NCBI GenBank assembly: GCA_964430735.1
Contig: CAYSFB010000003.1
Coordinates: forward strand, 194,039-258,038
Direction of reading: 5' to 3'
From: an uncultured Planctomycetia bacterium
Lineage (GTDB): Bacteria; Omnitrophota; Gorgyraeia; 2-02-FULL-51-18; JAGOUK01
DNA length: 64,000 nt
Shown here: one piece after another, positions 28,519-38,453 of the stretch
Layout of the letters: each line of letters begins with the position of its first letter
Numbering within the stretch: position 1 is the stretch's first letter
Program-made: the position numbers and the translations under genes
The notes under the pieces: generated by a model
Databases searched by the model: none
The model's input: the letters and a program-made list of their open reading frames with translations, nothing else
What the model was told of the DNA's origin: nothing

Positions 28519-30351
28519 TTATGAGGAGGATTTTCTGGAAAGGACTTTGCGCTCGTTCTCGGTCAAGAAGCGCTTGCGAAGACGGATGTTCTTCGGCGTG
28601 ATTTCGACCAGCTCATCGTCCTCGATGAACTCCAGCGCGAATTCGAGCGTCATTTCTCGCGGCGGCGTCAAGACGATCGCGTCGTCGGAACCCGACGCGC
28701 GCATGTTGGTGAGCTTTTTGCCCTTGATGGCGTTGACGGTGAGATCCTGCCCCTTGTTGTTGACGCCGACGATCATGCCTTCGTACAGGTCGTCATCGGG
28801 CTTCACAAACAGCTCGCCGCGGTCCTGAAGGCCGTTGAGCGAGTACGGAAGCGCGGTTCCGGCGGACTGGGAAATCTGCACACCCCACTGGCGACTGGGC
28901 AGCTCGCCGCGGTACGGCTGATACTCGTAAAAGGTCTGGTACATGATGCCGCTTCCGCGGGTCATCGTCATGAATTCGCTGCGGAAGCCCATGAGCGCGC
29001 GCGACGCGATGAGGAACTCGAGGCGCAGCGTGCCGACGGCGCTCGACTTCATCGAGCGGAGTTCCGCGCGGCGCTGACCGAGGTTCTGCATGATCGCGCC
29101 CTGGAATTCGGGATCGATTTCGATGACGAGCTCTTCGATCGGCTCGCACTTCTTGCCGTCGACTTCCTTATAAATAACCTGGGGGCGCGACACTTCGAGC
29201 TCGTACCCTTCGCGGCGCATCGTTTCGATCAGAATGGCCAAGTGGAGTTCGCCGCGGCCCGAGACCTTGAAGCGTTCGCCGTTGTCGACTTCTTCGACCT
29301 TCATACCCGGGTTCATCATCGATTCGTGCGCCAGACGCTCGCGGATGTGGCGGGAGGTCAGGAACTTGCTCCCGTCCTTGCCGGACAAGGGGCTCGTGTT
29401 GTGCGAAAAATTCATCGAGATGGTCGGCTCGTCGATGATGACGACGGGCATGCCCTCGGGCTTGTCGACCGACGCGAGCGTTCCGCCGACGCGGACCTCG
29501 TCGATCCCGGAGATCGAGACGATGTCGCCGGCGAGGGTTTCTTCGCCTTCGATTTTTTTGAGGCCTTGATACTTCAGAATCTTGGTCGCCCGGCCTTTGG
29601 TGATCGTGCCGTCAGGCGAAATGTAAGCCATTCCCTCGGATTTGCGCAGGCGGCCCCGGAACACGCGGCCGGTGGCGATGCGTCCCACGAAGGAATCGTA
29701 CTCCAGCATCGTGACCTGCATCTGGAACGGCTGGTCGGCGTCGGCGACGGGAGGCGGTACGTGGCGGACCACGGTGTCCAGGAGCGCCTCGAGATTGTCG
29801 GTCTTTTTGTCGGAGTCGTGCGACATCCAGCCTTCGCGGCCGGAACCGTAGATGATCGGAAAATCCAGCTGCTTGTCGGTGGCGCCGAGTTCCACGAAGA
29901 GATCGAAAGCCATGTCGACGACTTCCTGCGGCCGGGCGTTCGGACGGTCGATCTTGTTGATGACGAGGATGGGGCACAGGCCGCGCTCGAGCGACTTCTT
30001 CAGAACGAACTTGGTCTGGGGCATCGGGCCCTCGAAGGCGTCGACGAGCAGAAGCACGCCGTCGACCATCTTGAGAATGCGCTCGACCTCGCTGCCGAAG
30101 TCGGCGTGGCCGGGAGTATCGACGATATTGAAACGTTTGTCTTTGTAAACAAAAGAAGCGTTCTTCGAAAAAATCGTGATGCCGCGTTCGCGTTCGAGGT
30201 CGTTGGAGTCCATGATCGTGGACTCGCCTTCCTTGAACTCGTAAGCGGCGGTCTGCTTGAGCAGCGCGTCGACCAGCGTGGTCTTGCCGTGGTCAACGTG
30301 GGCGATGATGGCGAGATTGCGAACTTCTTCGCGGCGTTTTTCTTGTGACAT
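28519..30351 (-). CDS. typA: translational GTPase TypA/BipA
   Basis: It has the [11 protein letters not shown]1 motif and EF-G-like domains. The start was trimmed to the ATG at 30351 ([25 protein letters not shown]). Confidence 0.9.
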   Translation of the reverse strand: MSQEKRREEVRNLAIIAHVDHGKTTLVDALLKQTAAYEFKEGESTIMDSNDLERERGITIFSKNASFVYKDKRFNIVDTPGHADFGSEVERILKMVDGVLLLVDAFEGPMPQTKFVLKKSLERGLCPILVINKIDRPNARPQEVVDMAFDLFVELGATDKQLDFPIIYGSGREGWMSHDSDKKTDNLEALLDTVVRHVPPPVADADQPFQMQVTMLEYDSFVGRIATGRVFRGRLRKSEGMAYISPDGTITKGRATKILKYQGLKKIEGEETLAGDIVSISGIDEVRVGGTLASVDKPEGMPVVIIDEPTISMNFSHNTSPLSGKDGSKFLTSRHIRERLAHESMMNPGMKVEEVDNGERFKVSGRGELHLAILIETMRREGYELEVSRPQVIYKEVDGKKCEPIEELVIEIDPEFQGAIMQNLGQRRAELRSMKSSAVGTLRLEFLIASRALMGFRSEFMTMTRGSGIMYQTFYEYQPYRGELPSRQWGVQISQSAGTALPYSLNGLQDRGELFVKPDDDLYEGMIVGVNNKGQDLTVNAIKGKKLTNMRASGSDDAIVLTPPREMTLEFALEFIEDDELVEITPKNIRLRKRFLTENERKVLSRKSSS

Positions 30352-30377
30352 AAGCCGGAGATTGTAACACAACCGGT

Positions 30378-30773
30378 CTAGATATGGGCGCGAATTCTCG
30401 CGGCGAGCTTTTCGAGCTCGGACGGGTCGGCGGGCGGACGGGGCTTGTCGAGCGCGATTTCGCCGGGATTCCCCTGCGCCGGGATGAGGTGGACGTGCAC
30501 GTGCCGGACCTTCAGACCGTACACCACCAGGGCAATTTTTTGACACGGAACCTCGGCCTTGAGCGCTGCAGCCACTTTTTTTGAAAAAGCCATGAGCCCG
30601 CTCATCGCCTCGCCGTCCAATTCAAAAAAAGCATCCGACGGCTGCTTCGGAAAGACCACCGCATGGCCCGGGGCGGCCGGCGCGGGCTCGAGAATGGCCG
30701 CGTGTTCGGCGTCCTGAGCCAACCACACGCAGCTTTCGAGGCCGGAGAGCATCTTCGTAAAAATGGATTCCAT
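30378..30773 (-). CDS. HIT family hydrolase
   Basis: It has the histidine triad HVHVHLIP. Confidence 0.8.
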   Translation of the reverse strand: MESIFTKMLSGLESCVWLAQDAEHAAILEPAPAAPGHAVVFPKQPSDAFFELDGEAMSGLMAFSKKVAAALKAEVPCQKIALVVYGLKVRHVHVHLIPAQGNPGEIALDKPRPPADPSELEKLAARIRAHI

Positions 30774-30804
30774 CGCTGTTCTTCCCTGTTATATACTACG
30801 ACGC

Positions 30805-31263
30805 ATGAGCGGACATTCATCCCGATCCATTGGCGGCGTCACTGACCTCAAGGTTCTGCACATCACGCAGGATGGCCGCCCCGTACTCAAAATCGAAGGC
30901 ACGCTCGACGCAACCACGGCGGCCGACCTCGAGACGCGGCTCAAGCCTTTTGTGGACCCTGCCCCTGAGCACCTTTTGTTTGATCTCGGATTCGTCGATT
31001 ACCTCTCCAGCATGGGCCTTTCAGCCGTGCTCAAGACCGCGATCCGGCTCAAGAGCGCCGGATCCGAATGCTGGGTGTACGACCCCCAGCTTTCGGTCCG
31101 CCGGGTTCTCGAAATCGCCAAATGGGACCATCTCATTGCAGACCCGGCCGCGATCCAAGCCCATTTCCCCTTCTTCAGCTACATCAGCTCCGAAGAGCCC
31201 GCCCGAGCCGCCCGTCGGGGCAAATCCACCTCAAATCCGCCGCGCCTTTACGGCGAGCGCTGA
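30805..31263 (+). CDS. STAS-domain protein (anti-sigma factor antagonist-like)
   Basis: A STAS fold pattern (LKIEGTLDATTAADLETRL...LDLGFVDYLSSMGLSAV). The start was trimmed to the ATG at 30805. Confidence 0.6.
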   Translation: MSGHSSRSIGGVTDLKVLHITQDGRPVLKIEGTLDATTAADLETRLKPFVDPAPEHLLFDLGFVDYLSSMGLSAVLKTAIRLKSAGSECWVYDPQLSVRRVLEIAKWDHLIADPAAIQAHFPFFSYISSEEPARAARRGKSTSNPPRLYGER

Positions 31264-32166
31264 CTAAATCCCGACCAGCGCCGCGCCCAGAACACCGGCG
31301 GAATCTCCCAGCCGGTTGCGGACAATCGGTGTTTCGAGTGAATCGCTAAATACTTGCCGTCGGACCGCCTCGATTCCGTCTGTATAGAGCTCATCGATCG
31401 CCGAAAGTCCGCCGCCGAGGATCACCGCGTCCGGATCCAGCACCGCAATAACGTTGGCCAACGACCGTCCGAATCGGTCAAAAAAATCCTTCATCCGCGC
31501 CCGCGCCGCGGGCTCCCCCGCTCGGAACGCATCCACGATTTGCTGTGTCGTTCTGCGCACTCCGGTTTCGGCCGCGAACAAATTTTCGAGCCCGCCACCG
31601 CTGATGAACGTTTCGACGCATCCGCGCGCACCGCAATAACAGACAGGACCGGTTGGGTCGATCGACATGTGCCCCCACTCGCCGGCGATATGCTGAAGCC
31701 CGGAATAAAGCCCACCGTTCAGGAGGATTCCGCCGCCGCAGCCGGTTCCCATGATCACGCCAAAGACGGTCGCGCACCCCTGTCCGGCACCCAGCCGGCC
31801 TTCAGCCAGAACAAAGCAGTTGGCGTCGTTTTCGATCTTGAGCGGTCGGCCGATGAGTCTTGCGAGGTCCGTCCCCAGCGGGCGGCCGTTCAGGCAGGTC
31901 GTGTTGGAATTTTTCAGAAGTCCCGTGCGAAGCGAAACGGCCCCCGGCGTACCCACCCCCAGCGTCGACGCCCCCGGAGCATGTGCCGCCAGCCGAAGAT
32001 ACAACCCACGGATGCGCTGCAGGATATGTTCATACCCGCCTTCGCGCTCCGTATCGATTCGCTCTCGGAAGACTTCGCGGCCGCCGGGCGCGAGCACGAC
32101 GCCCTCGATCTTGGTGCCTCCGAGGTCGATCCCGATGCGACTGGGTGCGGAAGAACCGGCCCTCAT
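31264..32166 (-). CDS. ROK family sugar kinase (glucokinase-like)
   Basis: It has IGIDLGGTK and the ROK zinc motif CYCGARGCVE. Confidence 0.8.
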   Translation of the reverse strand: MRAGSSAPSRIGIDLGGTKIEGVVLAPGGREVFRERIDTEREGGYEHILQRIRGLYLRLAAHAPGASTLGVGTPGAVSLRTGLLKNSNTTCLNGRPLGTDLARLIGRPLKIENDANCFVLAEGRLGAGQGCATVFGVIMGTGCGGGILLNGGLYSGLQHIAGEWGHMSIDPTGPVCYCGARGCVETFISGGGLENLFAAETGVRRTTQQIVDAFRAGEPAARARMKDFFDRFGRSLANVIAVLDPDAVILGGGLSAIDELYTDGIEAVRRQVFSDSLETPIVRNRLGDSAGVLGAALVGI

Positions 32167-32179
32167 AGAACCCCTTTCC

Positions 32180-32704
32180 CTAAACGGCGGCCGGAACGGT
32201 CAGCGCCGCTTCCAGCTCCGCGTATGCGGCGTCGAGCCGCCTGAGCAGGATCTTGAATTCTTCCAGAAACGCGGCCGTCGATGGATCCAGGGGGGCGTCC
32301 GGCGAAACCGACCCTGCGTTCGTCAGATGGTCGGCAAGTGACGTCCGGCTGGATCCGATCCAAAGATGCAGGATTTCGCGGACCCGGGGCCCGCGGTCAG
32401 AGGTCTCTGCAATTTCGAGCATGGATAAAAGGGCGTTGGCGGAACGCAGGGCTTCGGAAAGGCGGTCCTGGGCATCCCAGCGGACCTTGCGCGCGGTTTT
32501 GGCGTAACGCGGAGGTTCGAGCGACGGCGTCTGGAGCTGCAGGATGAGCGCTTCGCCGGCCAGCGCGTGCAACTGCACGCGGAACTCGCCGGCGGCTTCG
32601 GACCAGCCGGCCGCTTCGGAGGCGGCGCGTGCTGCAACGCTTCCGATGAGCACGGATCCGATCAGCGCGGCGCCGGCCGCCGCCATGCCGAACCGCCGCA
32701 TCAT
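32180..32704 (-). CDS. secreted hypothetical protein
   Basis: It has a signal peptide. No recognisable domains. Confidence 0.4.
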   Translation of the reverse strand: MMRRFGMAAAGAALIGSVLIGSVAARAASEAAGWSEAAGEFRVQLHALAGEALILQLQTPSLEPPRYAKTARKVRWDAQDRLSEALRSANALLSMLEIAETSDRGPRVREILHLWIGSSRTSLADHLTNAGSVSPDAPLDPSTAAFLEEFKILLRRLDAAYAELEAALTVPAAV

Positions 32705-32710
32705 ACGAAC

Positions 32711-33193
32711 TTATCCGTGATGATGATGTCCGTGACCGGAGCGGCTGTCGTGCACATGGCCGTGCTCGACCTCTTCCGCGGTCGCGGGCCGGGTCTCCGT
32801 CACCTCGATGTCGAAGTGAAGCTCGATGCCGGCCAGCGGGTGGTTCGCATCCAACCGGACTTCGTCGCCTTCGATCGCCATCACGGCAAAAATAGGGGCG
32901 TCGTCCTCTTCGCCGCCGCGAAAACGGTCGCCGACTTTGGCGGAACCCGGCAACTCGGAGCGCTTCGCGGTCACGACCCAGTCCTCATTGCGTTCGCCGT
33001 AGGCCTCGACGGGAGGGATCACAAATGTTTTTTTGTCACCGGCTTTAAGCCCCTCCATGCGGCGCTCCAAACCGGGAATGATCTGACCGGAGCCCTGGAT
33101 GAACGCGAGCGGTTCCTGGCCGGCGGAGGTGTCGAGGGTCTGCCCCTGCTTATTCTTCAACGTGTAATGAAATGCGGTCACCTGCGCTGCCAT
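32711..33193 (-). CDS. slyD: FKBP-type peptidyl-prolyl isomerase SlyD with His-rich tail
   Basis: An FKBP domain plus an IF insertion, with a C-terminal HGHVHDSRSGHGHHHHG metal-binding tail. Confidence 0.85.
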   Translation of the reverse strand: MAAQVTAFHYTLKNKQGQTLDTSAGQEPLAFIQGSGQIIPGLERRMEGLKAGDKKTFVIPPVEAYGERNEDWVVTAKRSELPGSAKVGDRFRGGEEDDAPIFAVMAIEGDEVRLDANHPLAGIELHFDIEVTETRPATAEEVEHGHVHDSRSGHGHHHHG

Positions 33194-33217
33194 GACGGTC
33201 CTCCTGGTTGAAACGAA

Positions 33218-35332
33218 TCAATGATTCTGTTGTTTGACGAGCGCGTGCAGCTCGGGGACCATGGTCTGAGCCGCCTCCTCGCCCTTGATGATGAGTTCTT
33301 TGGCTCGGTGGAATTCCGCCCAGTGGATTTGCGGCACGCTCGGACGAATCAAGACATCCGCGTCGGTCGCCGTCGCGTTGGCGATCTCGTGCTCCATCGC
33401 CTGGACGGAATTCACCACAATGTCGATGAAAAACGAGTCGAACGAACGCTTCAAACGCTTGCGCGCCCAATAGGCGCCCCTGGACAGGAAGTTCTTTTTG
33501 GCGACCATCGAGTCCCGCGTCTGTTCCAAAAGCTGCAGGAAGCGCCGGCGCTCCCGGATGTCGGACGGAGTCGGCAACACGTCCACGGCGATGATTTTGT
33601 TGACGCCGGCCTCCTGAAGCGGCCGAACCGGCAGCGGGTCCAGAATACCGCCGTCGATCAGCGTCTCGCCGTCGATTTTGACCGGACGGATGATGCCGGG
33701 AATGGCGATGGAAGCCCGCAAGGCTTCCGAAATGAGGCCCGAGCGCATGATGCGCACGCGGCGGTCGTGAATATTGGCCCCGACGATGATGAGCGGGACC
33801 TTGGCTTCTTCGAAGGTCATCCCCTTGAGCTCGCGGTTCAGGTAGCGGCTCAGGCGACGGCCCTTGATAAGGCCTTTGACGGGAAGGAAGTCGATGTCGG
33901 CCAGCGCGGCCAGCCTCGCAGGTGTCATCGAGCCGGCAATCTCCTCCATCTCCATGGCCGATTTACCGATGGCATAAAACGACGCGACGAGGGCTCCCAT
34001 GCTCGATCCGGCGACAAAATCGATGGGGATTTTTTCGCGCTCGATGACTTTGAGCACGCCGATATGCGAAAAGCCCAGCGCGGCTCCGCTGCCCAGCGCC
34101 AGACCGACCAGGTTGCCGGATACCTTACGGGCCAGATGCCGGACCCTGCGCGCGTAGTCCGAGTCGGGCGCCGTCAGCACCGCGATCCGGTCGCCGTGAT
34201 CCTGGTCCGAAAATCCGGACTTGGCCAGCAGATGGCATTCCTTGTCGGCAAAAAGCTCTTTGCGGATGTCGGCCGTCAACGCGAACCCCATCGGCTGGTC
34301 GCCGAGCACAATCTTGATCTTGTCGGGCGCCATGCCGGAAGCGCTTTCGATCTCCGTAATGATTTCGCGGACTTCCGAGGCGGCATGCATCAGATTGCTG
34401 GTGACGATGAACAAATGCTCCGCGTGCGAAACGATTTTGAGGACAGCGTCATCGATCGTCTCGGGAAGGTCCACCACGATGAAGCGGAAGTCGACCGCCA
34501 GCCGGTTCATGAGATGCATCACAAAATCCGGGTGATAGGTGTCCGGCTCGCGCGCGGCCAAATTGAGAATTTTGACACCGGTCTCATGGACGACCATGTG
34601 CTCTTTGAGCGTGCGCTCGAGGTCTTCGCCGAGGTCGGTGAAGTACTGCCGGGGCAGTTGGGGCGTGATCCTCAGCCGGTCGGAGATCGCGCGGCCGGTC
34701 GGACTCATGTCGACCAAGCAGACGTCTTGGGCCGTTTCGGTCTGCAGCGAAACGGCGAGATTCACGCAGAAGGACGCCTGGTCCGGATCGCGGTTGGTGC
34801 TCTGGACCCCGATGATGTCCGTGCGCAAAAGCCTCCGGCCGCCGCCCATGGAGCGCTCGTTTTCTTCCTTGAGACGCCGCGACAACACGCGGCTGATTTC
34901 GAGCGAGACGGTGGCGTTGTGCTCGACGATTTTTTTGAAGTTATCCTTGGAGATTTCGAGCACGAGGCTGTCGGAGCGGGCCGCGACCGTGGCCGAGTGG
35001 GGCTGATCGGCGATGAGCGACATCTCGCCAAAGTAGGACCCCTGCTTCAGATAGACCAGCGTCTGGCGGCGGATCCCCTCGCCTGCGAATACTTCGAATT
35101 TTCCGGAAATGACGATGTAAAAGGACGCGGCTGCGTCGCCGGTTTTAAAGACAACCTCATCCCGCTTCACCTCAACCAAACGCGTCAGTCGGGCGATCGA
35201 TTGGAGCTCCCAGTCCGATAACGCCGCGAACAGCGTGCAACGCTTTAAAAAGTGAAGTCGGTCAATCTTCTGATGGGTTTCGGCGGCGGGCTCGGGATCT
35301 TGCCGGGTGGGCCGGCGGCGGAAGAGGGCCAT
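33218..35332 (-). CDS. cyclic nucleotide-binding domain + patatin-like phospholipase (NTE-like)
   Basis: - A cNMP-binding domain is present (FGEMSLIADQPHSATVAARSD).
- The patatin motifs are present: GSGAALGFSHIG, the GxSxG nucleophile AGSSMG, and the DGG motif IDGGILD. Confidence 0.85.
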   Translation of the reverse strand: MALFRRRPTRQDPEPAAETHQKIDRLHFLKRCTLFAALSDWELQSIARLTRLVEVKRDEVVFKTGDAAASFYIVISGKFEVFAGEGIRRQTLVYLKQGSYFGEMSLIADQPHSATVAARSDSLVLEISKDNFKKIVEHNATVSLEISRVLSRRLKEENERSMGGGRRLLRTDIIGVQSTNRDPDQASFCVNLAVSLQTETAQDVCLVDMSPTGRAISDRLRITPQLPRQYFTDLGEDLERTLKEHMVVHETGVKILNLAAREPDTYHPDFVMHLMNRLAVDFRFIVVDLPETIDDAVLKIVSHAEHLFIVTSNLMHAASEVREIITEIESASGMAPDKIKIVLGDQPMGFALTADIRKELFADKECHLLAKSGFSDQDHGDRIAVLTAPDSDYARRVRHLARKVSGNLVGLALGSGAALGFSHIGVLKVIEREKIPIDFVAGSSMGALVASFYAIGKSAMEMEEIAGSMTPARLAALADIDFLPVKGLIKGRRLSRYLNRELKGMTFEEAKVPLIIVGANIHDRRVRIMRSGLISEALRASIAIPGIIRPVKIDGETLIDGGILDPLPVRPLQEAGVNKIIAVDVLPTPSDIRERRRFLQLLEQTRDSMVAKKNFLSRGAYWARKRLKRSFDSFFIDIVVNSVQAMEHEIANATATDADVLIRPSVPQIHWAEFHRAKELIIKGEEAAQTMVPELHALVKQQNH

Positions 35333-35340
35333 CGTCGGCC

Positions 35341-35706
35341 TCAGACGCCTTCCGCGAGGCGACTGAGATAGGCGTCCAGTTTTTTCCGGTGCGGCGGCGC
35401 GATTTCGAGAAAGAAAATGGCGGTCCGGAAACCCCGCTCGTCCTTTTCATTGCGGACGACGACGCCGGCGATCTTGATGGTTTCGGAACGGGCGGAAGCC
35501 GTTTTGGCGGGCAGCACCAGCGCCATCTCGATTTTGGACATCACCGGCACTTCTCGGCTCGCGCGGCACAATAGACCGGAGGAAGAAATATTGATCACCG
35601 ATGCGGTGATGTCGTAACCGTCGTAGCCGATATTGAATTCAAAGGAGTCAACCAGGCGCGCCGATACGCGGCGCTCGGGAGCAGGCTGACCAGACGGGCG
35701 GCTCAT
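35341..35706 (-). CDS. PilZ domain protein
   Basis: It has RxxxR (ERRVSAR) and D/NxSxxG (NISSSGL) c-di-GMP-binding motifs. The start was trimmed to the ATG at 35706. Confidence 0.6.
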   Translation of the reverse strand: MSRPSGQPAPERRVSARLVDSFEFNIGYDGYDITASVINISSSGLLCRASREVPVMSKIEMALVLPAKTASARSETIKIAGVVVRNEKDERGFRTAIFFLEIAPPHRKKLDAYLSRLAEGV

Positions 35707-35719
35707 GAGCACAGCCCCC

Positions 35720-36067
35720 TCATCCGGGCGGCCAATGCAGCGGACGGCCCGCCAGCAGATGAAAATGCAGGTGCGGCACCGTCTGTCCGCCGTCCCGGTT
35801 GCAATTGCCGACCACGCGATAGCCCGAATCCGCAACGCCGAGCTCGGAGGCCAAACGCGCGAGCTCCGTCAGCATGGAACCGAGCAGCGGGGCGTGCTCC
35901 GGACGCGTGCCGGACAGACTTTCGATATGAAGTTTGGGGATGATCAAAAAATGAATCGGGGCCTGCGGTTGAATGTCGTGGAACGAGATCCAGTCGGAGG
36001 ATTCGCTCAGGATCCTGGCCGGAATCTTGCGCTGCGCGATTTTGCAAAATAGGCACTCCGGACTCAT
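35720..36067 (-). CDS. HIT family protein (HinT-like)
   Basis: It has the histidine triad HLHFHLL. Confidence 0.8.
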   Translation of the reverse strand: MSPECLFCKIAQRKIPARILSESSDWISFHDIQPQAPIHFLIIPKLHIESLSGTRPEHAPLLGSMLTELARLASELGVADSGYRVVGNCNRDGGQTVPHLHFHLLAGRPLHWPPG

Positions 36068-36121
36068 GCGGGGGTGTGGTGAAAACGGGCAGCCCGTCGA
36101 AAACGGGCTGCCCGGAACATT

Positions 36122-36382
36122 TTAAGAAGCTGCTTTTTCGGCTGCGGGAGCCGCGGCGGCCTCCGCCTTCTTTTTCTCTTCGGCCTTCTTCACGGCGTAT
36201 GCCTTGGCGGCCGCCTTTGAGGAGAAGTACTGGCCATTGCGGTAGTACCAGTTCTTGCGCCGGATGCGGGCATTGGTCTGCGCGCAGTTCGTCGGAAGGG
36301 TGTCTTTTTTCTTGGGCTTTTTCTCGGCGCTGTCTTTGGCTTCCGCCATGTTCGTTACTCCTGTTGAGTCCCCGCCGTGCAA
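36122..36382 (-). CDS. small lysine-rich basic protein, hypothetical
   Basis: It has a KNWYYRNGQYF motif and a KA-rich tail. The start may be the internal ATG at 36349. Confidence 0.3.
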   Translation of the reverse strand: MHGGDSTGVTNMAEAKDSAEKKPKKKDTLPTNCAQTNARIRRKNWYYRNGQYFSSKAAAKAYAVKKAEEKKKAEAAAAPAAEKAAS

Positions 36383-36419
36383 GGGCGGGAACGATTGGAT
36401 GGACTCCGTCCGGCCGGGA

Positions 36420-36794
36420 CTAACGTCCGACGGTCCGGTGGAGGTGCTGACTCTTCAGCCAGTTCTGATAAATGTGTTCGAGGATCCGCTCCTGATCGTT
36501 ACGCGAAATCTTGGTGATCTTGACTCCGGCCTTCACGCCGTCGGCCCATGCCACGGTGCCCGTCGCGAACACCGGAAGGTTGTCGCCGGGAACGGACATC
36601 TTAAGCTGCACGGTTTCGCCGCGCTTCACGTCCTTCGCCTCCGAGAGGGCCACGCCGGTCTTCGAGACGTTCTGCGCCAGCACGTTTCCAAAAATCGGGT
36701 TCTGGGTCAGCGTGCGGTATTCGATTTCGATCGGCAGATCGAACCGCTTGGATTTGCGCTTCTCTTCGGCGGCCGTCCGGGCGTCACGAGCCAT
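36420..36794 (-). CDS. PilZ domain protein
   Basis: It has RxxxR (KRKSKRF) and DxSxxG (QNVSKTGV) motifs. Confidence 0.65.
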   Translation of the reverse strand: MARDARTAAEEKRKSKRFDLPIEIEYRTLTQNPIFGNVLAQNVSKTGVALSEAKDVKRGETVQLKMSVPGDNLPVFATGTVAWADGVKAGVKITKISRNDQERILEHIYQNWLKSQHLHRTVGR

Positions 36795-36981
36795 GTTGGA
36801 AAAACCTCAGGATTTCGGTCTTAAAAAAACGGTACTTGTCGCCGATCTTGTGTCCCGGCAAACGGTTCGTCTTCACCAGTTTGTAAAGCGTCTGGCGGCT
36901 GATGTTCAAAAATTCGCAGGTCTCGGCCGTGGATAGGGCTGTTTCGGCGGATTCCGCGGGGGTTTCGAGTAATTTTTCCAT
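36784..36981 (-). CDS. helix-turn-helix DNA-binding protein (excisionase/MerR-like HTH_17 family)
   Basis: The pattern TAETCEFLNISRQTLYKLVKTNRLPGHKIG is a typical HTH_17. Confidence 0.65.
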   Translation of the reverse strand: MEKLLETPAESAETALSTAETCEFLNISRQTLYKLVKTNRLPGHKIGDKYRFFKTEILRFFQHGS

Positions 36982-37119
36982 TAGGGTCCAACATTACAGC
37001 AAAACACCCGAGGGGTTGTCAAGAAGGGTTATTTTTGACAATTTTTGTTAAAAGATAAAACCGCTCGACTCCGAGGGCCTTGTTGAGCGGGAATCGAGCT
37101 GATTTGATATAATGCAAAC
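36982..37119. promoter_or_regulatory. AT-rich divergent intergenic region between HTH gene (minus) and exeA-like gene (plus) with a TTGACA -35-like hexamer
   Basis: This is the only sizeable AT-rich non-coding gap in the region. It contains ttatttttgacaatttttgttaaaagataaaacc. Confidence 0.4.
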
Positions 37120-37932
37120 ATGTACGCGTCCCACTTCGGATTCCACGCGCCGCCGTTCTCCATCACCAGCGATCCCTCGTTTCTTTTCTTCAGCCCCAAG
37201 CACCGCGAAGCCTACGACTCTCTGATGTACGGGATCGAACACCGCTCAGGATTCATTGAGGTCACGGGCGAAGTCGGATGCGGCAAAACAACCCTCTGCC
37301 GAAAGGCGCTCCAGGACCTCCCCCGCACGGTCAAAACCGCCTACATTTTCAACACCAGCGTCACCGAAATCCAGTTTCTTCAAACGCTTCTCACGGATCT
37401 GGGCCTGCCGGTCGAAGGAAAAAACCGCCACGCTCTATTTCAGGAGCTGAACCGTTTTTTGATCCAGGCGCTGGCCAAGGGCGACAATGTCGCACTTTTT
37501 ATCGACGAAGCGCAAAATTTGCCAGTCCGTATTTTGGAAATGATCCGGATGTTGTCCAATCTGGAAACGGACCGGGATAAACTTATTCAGATAATTTTGG
37601 TCGGCCAGCCCGAACTGCGCGATCTCCTCAAACGCAACGATCTAAGGCAACTTCGCCAGCGGATCTCAATCCGCTGCCACCTCGGACCTTTGACTCTGGC
37701 AGAAACCGCCGACTACATCCGCCACCGGCTTGAAGTCGCGGGCGCCGCGCGCCGGGACCTCTTCACCTCCGAGGCGGTCGAGGAAATCTGGCGCCACGCC
37801 CAAGGAGTGCCGCGCGTGATCAATATTCTGTGCGACAAAGCCCTTTTGTCCGTTTACGCCACGGGCCGCCGCGAAGCCGACGGATCCTGTCTTCACCACT
37901 GCATCCAGGAATTGGAAGGAGTCACCTCATGA
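37120..37932 (+). CDS. ExeA/GspA-like AAA ATPase (short form, no peptidoglycan-binding domain)
   Basis: An AAA_22-type Walker A (GEVGCGKTT) with the ExeA pattern FGFHAPPF at the N-terminus. Confidence 0.75.
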   Translation: MYASHFGFHAPPFSITSDPSFLFFSPKHREAYDSLMYGIEHRSGFIEVTGEVGCGKTTLCRKALQDLPRTVKTAYIFNTSVTEIQFLQTLLTDLGLPVEGKNRHALFQELNRFLIQALAKGDNVALFIDEAQNLPVRILEMIRMLSNLETDRDKLIQIILVGQPELRDLLKRNDLRQLRQRISIRCHLGPLTLAETADYIRHRLEVAGAARRDLFTSEAVEEIWRHAQGVPRVINILCDKALLSVYATGRREADGSCLHHCIQELEGVTS

Positions 37933-38420
37933 GCATCATTTCCGAAGCCCTCAAAAAGGCCAACGCCGAGCGCGGGCGTCAATCCTCCGCCCCGACCGGC
38001 GCCGCGCGGCCGGATACCGCGCCGCGCCGCTGGATTTCTTCCCTCGCCATTCTGGCAATTCTGGTTCTTCCGTTCGCGCTGCCCCGCCTGCTGACCGGAC
38101 GTTCGACGGCGGACACGGCTGCGCTGCCCATGGCGGACGCCCCGCAAGCCTCCGCTTCTTCTTCCGGCCTGGCGCAGATGGCGGTCGAATCCCAGCCGAT
38201 GCCCGCATCGGCAGCCGCCGCCGCGGCACCGTCCATTTTGTCGGGCCGCAAACTTCAGGGAATCGTCTGGAGCGAAGACAAGGGATACTATGCGATTTTG
38301 GACAATGAAGTCATCCGCGAAGGAGTCAAAGTCGGGGATTACCGCGTCACCCGCATCACGCCGCTCGGGATCTTGCTGTCCGACGGCGATCGCAGTTTTT
38401 TTATCGAGAAATCGTTCTGA
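37929..38420 (+). CDS. GspB-like single-pass membrane protein
   Basis: It is coupled (ATGA) to the ExeA-like gene. It has one TM helix and a C-terminal conserved segment (GIVWSEDKGYYAILDNEVIREGVKVGDYRV) resembling the T2SS-B family. Confidence 0.45.
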   Translation: MSIISEALKKANAERGRQSSAPTGAARPDTAPRRWISSLAILAILVLPFALPRLLTGRSTADTAALPMADAPQASASSSGLAQMAVESQPMPASAAAAAAPSILSGRKLQGIVWSEDKGYYAILDNEVIREGVKVGDYRVTRITPLGILLSDGDRSFFIEKSF

Positions 38421-38453
38421 CCGGGGACCCGGTCTCGGGCGGGATTTAAAAAA

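Noticed and set aside
33221-35221. 666-aa plus-strand ORF
   Set aside because: It is antisense to the well-supported cNMP-patatin gene, and its translation is low-complexity.
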